Part shown: one piece after another, positions 56,026 through 64,000 of the stretch
Layout: every line of letters starts with the position of its first letter
How positions within the stretch are numbered: the stretch's first letter is position 1
Source: Eledone cirrhosa
Taxonomy: Eukaryota
Direction of reading: 5' to 3'
NCBI GenBank assembly: GCA_964016885.1
Contig: OZ024740.1
Location: 146,382,001 to 146,446,000 of the forward strand
DNA: 64,000 bases
The notes under the pieces: generated by a model
Databases searched by the model: none
The model's input: only the letters and a program-made list of their open reading frames with translations
What the model was told of the DNA's origin: nothing
Position numbers and translations under genes: made by a program

Positions 56026-58689
56026 TCATACATACATGTATATGTATACAATGGTGAATTGGCAGAGTTGTTAGAGCCTTGGATACAATATGTTAAGGTA
56101 TTTGTTCCAGCTCTTTGTTCTCAGGGTTGAAATATCACTATGGTCAACCATAGCTTTTCATTCTTTGGAGTTGATAAATAAAATGGAAGCTCTATGCTGG
56201 TACAGCTCTCTTTCTCCTTCCATAAAACAAAAGAGTGCGAGTTCATGGAGATTTGGGAGCTACTTCTATTAGTTATAGCTACCACGTAAAGGTTTACCTC
56301 ATTGACTTATACATACATATATACAGTTCCATATGAGGCACAGTCACCTGATCTGACTTCTTGCATGATGTTAAACAGTGATGATGATGAAAATAGTAGG
56401 ATGTGATGGAAATTTGGCTGCTATTTCATTGTTGTTACACAGTTTCACCAATGCTGACATTGCTTTTGTAATTATTTCTCTCCCCTAACTTTCTCTTACA
56501 TCAACAATAATTCAGAAAATCAATTTTTTGTCGCATATATAGATAATCATTTTGTGTCCACTTTCCATACTTGCATGGGCTTGGCAGGTTGTCATGGTCC
56601 AAATCAGTTCTTATTCAGAATTACTGCCTTTCTAGATGCTCATACCTTCCAGAATTTTGGCCTGGTTTCTACAGCAGGATACCCTTCTTAACACCAACCA
56701 CTTTACAGAGTGTACTGGTGCACTGGGTACATTTTATCATGGCATTTATATTGTCATGTCCTTGACAAAATTAAAGAGTCCTCTCTATGGTGCTTTGTCT
56801 CCATTCAATCACCTGCTACTTAACAGAGTGTACTGAGTGCATTTTATTGTGGCACCAACATTAGAAAGGTTATTTTGATCATTCAAAAGCCAGAGAGGCT
56901 TCCCAACTCCATAAAATCTCCATTTATTTAATGCAAATACTACTGAGGGAATGATTTGAGGGGAGTGATCAAGAGTTGAAAGAAGAGAGTGGTGAGAATA
57001 TGAGAAGGTAAAAGAAGAGTGATTGGAAATAAAATACTTTGTATGTCTAGTGTGAGTGACAGAGAGTATAAAGGCAGGAACAACATATAAAAACTTTTTA
57101 TTACTTTGCATGTTTTAATCTAAAAAGGATACACTTCTTATAAAGGAATTATTGGAGATTGGTGAACAAGAAATGAGTTTTATTACGGTGCAGTTTAGGA
57201 AGGAAAATTGTGTGTAGCAGCAAACCAATAGCAGTTTTGACAATAAACGATCAGTTTGATAAATGAAAATTGCATGATATAAAGTGAATTTATGTATCTC
57301 ACAGTCTAGTTATCTGTTTAATTATCTATTTATGTCACAAATATGTATAACTACATGTGATGTCAACATTATTGGTTTTTGTTTATTTTCCATGTTAGTT
57401 ATGTTAGCTTTATTACATCACATTTTAATTTTGCTCTCCATTAATACTTATATTTGTTTAAATTCTTGTAGAATATGTCTATTTATTTGAATCAATATTT
57501 TTTTTTTAGTTTATTTATTTCATAGCTATTATGATGTGTGACATGTGATGTGGATGTTGTTGGTTGAGAAAGAGATACAAGATAAGGATAGAAAATGCAT
57601 GGAATAGAATTAGGCTAAGGAAATTATGATGTGTTGGATGTTATTGTGTGGGTATTTCAGTATGGAAAATTATTCCTTAAATTCAATATGATAATGATGA
57701 GAATGGGTGTATGATGATATATGTTTACATATACATTTATATGTGTGACAGGTGAATAAAAATAACATAATCTGCCACATTATTACTGGATGAGGTGGTG
57801 TAGAGGCTTGTTAATGTTGTTGCTTAATTCAGATGAGTGTTAAGTCTACTTAGAAAGAATGAAGGTATAAGATTTGTTTTTTGTTGCAGGTTGAAACATG
57901 ACTGAATGTTTTTATAGCATTTAAAAATATATAATACTGAAATTCACTCTTACTCATTCAAATTCCTTTACAGGCAGTATAAAGAGGAGACATTTGCAAT
58001 AGATCATAATAATAGAATCATATTAATAATAATAGGTACTGTGAAGTATAAAGTAAATATTTCAAATCAATAAATGAATGCATATTCTGTAACATTAAGG
58101 TGTCTAGTACATTATCAGATGTATTGAGTTCCCAAACTTCAAACATTTTTGGTACTATGACAGCTTACATTTGTGAAAAAGAGGAAATGGTTGAAAGTGT
58201 GTTAAATATTATTTAATTCTTAACATTCTGTAACGAATTAGAAAATATCTAAAAGCAAATGTTTATAGTATATTTACTAGTGGACAGGTCACTGTGAAAA
58301 TTTACAATATTAGAGTAAAGACTTAAATTTTTAATGTGATGCTGTCATAGTGCTGTTTTGATGTATTACTAATGTGGTTTCATGTAGTACAAGATGTTAA
58401 GAGTTAAATGATACTAAAGAGAAATTATCACTGGAGATAAAACTTGGTCTATCATTAAGATACAAGAAACAAGCCATAATCAATGGAATCCTGATGCAAA
58501 TGTCTCAAATAGAGTTTTCTACAAGGAAGCTTTTTTTTTTTTTACAATGCAAAATGTATAGTATATTTATAGTATATTGTGCTCATCAGTGAAGAAAAAA
58601 TGTCTACAACCATATGTGAGTTGTATGCAACCATATTGCTGAAACTCAAAATAGGAATCTGATAGAACATCTGTATTTATTCACCAAGA

Positions 58690-58970
58690 GAATGTAGTGT
58701 GCAAGAGAGAAGACTGTATTTGTATGGCCATGTGATGCATATGGATGATGATTGTTGTGTGAAAAAGTGCAGGAGTTCCCAGTGAAAGGAAGTTGCAGTA
58801 GAGGAAGTGCCAAGGAAAATTTGGGCAGAAGTAGTAAGAGTGGATCTCAAAATACTGAATCATAAAGAGGAGATGAAGGAGCACATCGAGTGGAGGGAAG
58901 CTGTGCTGGAAAAAACCCATCTTGCCAATGCGAGCATGGGAAAACGGACGTAAAGATGATGATGATGATG
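58690..58970 (+). mobile_element. RTE 3' end fragment with (ATG)n tail
   Basis: YGHVMHMDDDCCVKKC; ends GGACGTAAAGATGATGATG. Confidence 0.75.
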
Positions 58971-59995
58971 ATACCCCTTATTGCAACACAAGCTACAAAA
59001 ATAGACTTGTATTGCTTCAAGTTAAAGTTGGGCTGCAGTCAATTTATAATCTGCATTTGGTATCTTTCTTTCTTCAGGTGAAAAAACATATTAGTAAAGC
59101 TTCATTTTGAGTATGCTGTTGATTTAAAGATTGCTATAAAAATGAGGTTCAAAAACTAAGCACAGAACTTTTGAAGTGGGAGAAATATGTTGTTCAATGT
59201 GGAAGAGGGTGCTTAATGAATAAAAAAAGATATCTATTTTTCTTCAATATGCTAAAATCTTAGTTTCAATTTTGTAAGTGAAGGGGTCTTACTGTATACT
59301 ACATATCTGTGTATGTATATAAGTATACACACACACACATTAAGATATGTACATGTGCACATACACACAAGCACCAAAAGAAGGAAATAACAATAGCCTT
59401 CACACATTATAAACAACAACAATAACTGTCACATAAAACTTATTTCCTTGTTCCCTCTTCCTCCCCCACTTTTACTTCCTTGTTTGCCTTCTAATAAATT
59501 TCACTCACTACTCCCAGTCTATTTATCCTCCAACACAAGTAATAATCACCTTTCTCTTCTTATAAAGGGTTTTATCTGAAACATTTAATTATTCTTCTTC
59601 CCCATGCATAAAATACATTCCACTGTTTGAACATTTTGTATTACTATTTCCTCATGCAGATCATTATTTTCCTCAGATTTTACTGCTTCACACTAGCAGA
59701 ACATCCATTCACTATTTCACACTATTGGTTAGGGGTAAGTTTATAGGCATGAAGCCTGGGGATTTGTGATTAGCGGAAATGCAAGTTTAGCTGCAATATA
59801 GGTGAAATGAAATTACTTCAACATGGGATGAAGACACATTTACAGATTCAGTTTAAAGGAGCCCAAACTAAAGACGATTATTTTGATGTATTGAAAAATA
59901 TGTAAAAATTGAAGAGATGAATAATGCTTGTTAAATATTTGTGTCATTGTAATGGAAATAATTTTTTTTTTTGTTTCTCTTTTCTCCATATACAG

Positions 59996-60140
59996 GTTTA
60001 AATTCGCCGTGATTCTTGGTAAACGCCAGTTCCCCAGTATGGAGTGCAACAGTAAGAAGGATGGTAAGAAAGAGGCAGCCGATCTGACATTGCGCATTCT
60101 CATTGCTGAAGGACAGTATCAGTTAGAGAACACCGTCTCA
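59996..60140 (+). CDS. ADAR: ADAR1 exon, C-terminal half of the dsRBD
   Basis: Polypyrimidine tract...tacag|G completes the TT+G Leu codon. Encodes FKFAVILGKRQFPSMECNSKKDGKKEAADLTLRILIAEGQYQLENTVS. Donor gtaagt (phase 0). Confidence 0.96.
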
Positions 60141-61161
60141 GTAAGTAGAAAAATGTTATACCTAACTGTTTGAATTTACATTTAATCATCAAGAACACTC
60201 ACTCCATACCTGTACACTCCCATGCTGTTCATGTCCTCTCCACTGCCACTCATTAGCTATTCTCTCCATCACTAGACTCTCTCCCAAAATCCTTAACACA
60301 CCATTGAATCACTCTCGCCTTTTCAACCACCCTATCTATGCCCCTGCCACTATCACTATTTAGCTGTTCACACCATCACTACATGCCCCTTCTAAAAATT
60401 CTGACATACCTTTGACTACTACTCTTCCGCCATCGGAGGTCACTGCTTCCCTCCTACTCATCACCTCAAAACCCACCACACTTGCCATACATCCATAATA
60501 TCATACTTATTTTCTTTCGTCCCCCTCTACAGAGCTGAGAGGGCTCTTCGATTGGGGTTAATAACCGACAACCTCTCTAATGCTGGTGCCATGAAAATGC
60601 ATCCAGTATACTCTGCAAGGTGGTTGGCGATAAGAAGGGCACCCTGCTGTAGAAACCAAGCCTAAATGGGTTGAGAGGACACTTGAGTTGTGTCAATGGC
60701 ACGACAGTCTCTCTAGTGTCAGTGATCTACACAATAAATGCACCCAGTATACACTGTAAAGTGGGTTGATCATAGGAAGGGATTCCAGCCATAGAAAACC
60801 AGCCAAACAAAGAGTTGGGAGGACCCTTCAGTTGTGTTAAAGATATGACAAGTTCTCTAGTACTGGTGTCATGGTAAAAGAACGTATGCAAGTGAGATGT
60901 GGGTCTCTGACCTATCTAGGAGGTCAGTAGCCCCACTTGATTACTGACTCCATCTGTAAAGACCCATCTAACTCTTGTTAGCAGAGACAACAAACATTAA
61001 ATGAAGTGTTTAAAATTTGCTTCTGTTTACATTTGTTTAAGCAAATATATTTTAGGGTTCTTAAAAATGCCAATTGTTATTCGTGACAGTTTCAGCATTG
61101 TTAATTTGTAGGAAAAAAAAAAAAAAGACAATTCATGTTTTTGTTCTGAATTATACCTTAA

Positions 61162-61380
61162 TCCTTTAGCATTTAAACCAGCCGTATCCGGTCAAAATTC
61201 CCTCACTTCTTTCTGTTCAAACCGGCCATAGCCGGCCACTCGTATCGAGGTTAAGGTAATGTCCTTAAAATAAATAATATCAAAATCTCATAGATTCGAT
61301 ATTATGAGATAATTATGTGAGGTAAAGCCTTTACCATGAAAATACAATATTAAATATAGAGTAATGTAAATGCTAAAGGG
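61162..61380. mobile_element. piggyBac-like MITE in an ADAR1 intron
   Basis: TTAA at 61158-61 and 61381-84; TIR TCCTTTAGCATTTA / TAAATGCTAAAGGG. Confidence 0.75.
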
Positions 61381-62179
61381 TTAATAGAGGCTGTTTTGGG
61401 TGTGTTAATGTTTAAATGGTTAAACTGTAACTTCTTAAAAGTCAACCTTACATATCAGTGTTATATGAAACTGTCTTACTTGTCACCATCAATTATTGAT
61501 CAGGCATGATATACTAGAAACCAAACTGTTATCCTTGATAATAGTTATGCTGTGAGACAATACTTTCTGAATGTTTCTTAATACATACACATGCATGTAT
61601 GTGTGTGTATGTATGACTGACTTTAGTTACAATGTATGAAGAATTACAGTTTACATAAATTTAACTGACTAGATATTGGTTGACTACCTCAAGGCTTATT
61701 GTTTTGATTTTTATATTTTGTGAAATTTGACTTCATTCTTTTATTTCTTCTTCTTTAGTTTCTTTTGCTCCCTATGGAGCATTAGGATTCTTGTGTTGTT
61801 TCTGTTGCAGTTTTGATTAATGGAGGTAAGGTTGCTAGCCTTATGCTCTGTTCCATCTCCCTTCTCAACATGGGTTGAAAACTAACCTAGCATTTTGAAG
61901 TTGGGTTGGCAGAAGTTGCTGATCCTGGATAGGGACCCATTTCAGATACTGTCAGTCAGTCAGCCAGCTGAGCCTTGGACTCAAATCACTTCTCTCAGTT
62001 GCATGCTAGGTAGAATTTAGATAAAGCTGGTGCATTAGAGTCACTAACAATCATTTAATCCTCTACCTATGTGCTGCAGGCCTGTACCGATTGCCTAACA
62101 TAAAAATTACTTAGTAAATGTTTCTTTTCTGTGCTTAATTCATTTTTTCTTCTTTTTTTAAAATTTTCTACCTCAAAAG

Positions 62180-62363
62180 GCATTGAAAACAATTCCACCT
62201 GCAGAAATGACACATTTCGATAAAATGGCTGCCTTGAGTCACCAGGCATTTAACAATATTGCCTTGCAAATCCCCGAGAACCTTGCTGGGAGAAAAGTAA
62301 TCGCCGCTTTGGTGATGAAGCGATCACCAACGGATACGGGAATTGTTATCAGTGTTGGAACTG
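62180..62363 (+). CDS. ADAR: ADAR1 exon, start of the deaminase domain
   Basis: Acceptor aag|GCA (phase 0). Encodes ALKTIPPAEMTHFDKMAALSHQAF...GRKVIAALVM...VISVGTG, typical of the ADAR deaminase N-terminus. Donor G|gtaagt (phase 1). Confidence 0.95.
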
Positions 62364-63096
62364 GTAAGTAAAGTACAAATTCACATCAAAATTATAATTT
62401 AATAGTCCTAGTTTATTTAACCTACTTTATAATGACATCAATACTCTTCATTTTTATTTCCAAATAATAGTGTATATTATTTAAGTTATTTGATCTATAA
62501 TTGGTACTGAAATTATCTAATAACATATTTTTTCATAACTCTCTTTTGCTCTATTTTTCTATTTTACTCTGATTATTTACAACATTTGTATCAATTCAAT
62601 AATTTTGTTTTCGTTAACTATTATAATAAGATTTAAAACTGTTGATAACGTTTTTACAATAGATTTAATTTCATTTATTTAGAAATATTACTATTGAATC
62701 TTTGCCATTTTTAGGCTGCATAGGATTGCTGTTGTTTTGAAAACCATAATCTGCTTATTTTGAGCAGCTTGTGGCATGGAAGTAACCAATTGAATATCAG
62801 AAGTATTTTAATTGGGGACCATCTTGTAAATTGCTCCACAATGGCTGGCTGTGTAGAGTGCAATATGGCAGTTGAGCATGTTACATCTATCTAGCTATCC
62901 AGTTTATTTGTATAAGAAGTAAAAAATCAAAAAATCACCAGACGGTAACCACATTTAGAGATAGAGAATGTGAATCTGATTGCCTACAGAGATCTCGGTT
63001 CTTTGAGATTCATTAAATACAGTTAGTAACTCAGAACAACTTTTGACTTAGTAATAAATGTTGCAGCTACTTTGATATGTGTATTTTGTGTTAGTC

Positions 63097-63155
<59 letters not shown>

Positions 63156-63159
<4 letters not shown>

Positions 63160-63202
63160 CTGATGATCCTGCAAGTGTGCAGGTGAAACTTCAGAGTAAC
63201 TA
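63156..63202 (+). ncRNA. Minimal type-I hammerhead-ribozyme-like motif (degenerate stem I)
   Basis: CTGATGA - T CCTGCA agtg TGCAGG T - GAA ACT tcag AGT A; predicted GUA cleavage site after 63198. Confidence 0.5.
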
Positions 63203-63324
63203 GACTCACCACTTAGCCATTAAATCAATATTTAAACTCTACTTTGGTATTGAGTACTTTTTCTTATGCCTGTCAATAATACACAAATATGTATATATAT
63301 ATGAACAAATAATTACTATTTTAG

Positions 63325-63418
63325 GTAACCGCTGTTTAACCGGTGATCATTTGAGTTTGGAAGGCAACAGTGTCAATGACTCTCATGCTGAAATAATCAC
63401 ACGCCGAGGTTTTCTGAG
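63325..63418 (+). CDS. ADAR: ADAR1 catalytic exon (HAE zinc-ligand / proton-shuttle motif)
   Basis: Acceptor ttttag|GT completes Gly. Encodes [32 protein letters not shown]. Donor AG|gtgagt. Too short to appear in the ORF track. Confidence 0.96.
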
Positions 63419-64000
63419 GTGAGTATTTTTCTTTCAGATTTAATTTAGCTCTGTTGATTCTTTTATATGATCAGATTTATTTGTAAAGTTATTAGCATTT
63501 CTCATTTCATTTAATAGGATATTTGGCGTATCCCATCATTGTGCTTAATATAAGTTGACAGGAGACTAGTTCTGGCCTAAGCAGTTTTAGGAAATATCCT
63601 GTATTTGTCATTTATTTACATGTATCTGTGAAAAATCTTTAAATCTTTTCAGTTCTTTTCAAATAGTTTTGTCAAGATTCCAGCCATTTTGATTTAAGCC
63701 TGCCAATAGCAAATCTACTAATAAAAAAATTGGCTTAACAATATTGAGCAGCTTTCTGAATCTTATTATAAAGAATGACTATTTGATGAAGTAATTCATT
63801 TACCTAAATGGAGGTGAAAGTAAATAATTAGGATTTTGGCATGTAACGATTGAAATATTTCCATCAGTTTTAAAAACAAAAAGGATTTGCTTGTCTGGAG
63901 ATGTTTAGTGAAGCAATTTTTATTTTCTCTGATATTTTGATTCCTAAATATGTTTAATCCATCACGCTTGGCACAACACCTCATTCACAGTACCCTCTAA

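Overview
AT-rich, repeat-dense eukaryotic DNA, most consistent with a coleoid cephalopod (octopus-like); this is inferred from the repeat families and ADAR architecture, not proven. The only host gene is ADAR1 (A-to-I RNA-editing deaminase, + strand). Four phase-compatible GT-AG exons are visible: 39850-42098, 59996-60140, 62180-62363 and 63325-63418. They encode Z-alpha, a long disordered linker, a degenerate second winged-helix domain, a Ser/Lys-rich region, a single dsRBD (split by a ~17.9-kb intron) and the start of the deaminase domain with the HAE motif. The first coding exon was not identified and the 3' exons lie beyond the window. The rest is RTE-clade LINE copies with a PHD-like finger inside the RT region, tRNA-derived SINEs, a DD37D (maT) Tc1/mariner element with an open ORF, a decayed mariner, Helitron remnants, piggyBac-like MITEs, an R4-type endonuclease fragment, Penelope-like terminal fragments and long (TA)n tracts. 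Nearly all Y/I-rich ORFs in the track are microsatellite artefacts. The most notable observations are the unusual ADAR1 domain layout, a possible p110-like internal start, a hammerhead-like motif just before the catalytic exon, and many fold-back hairpins and inverted repeat pairs in or upstream of the gene that could be dsRNA substrates.
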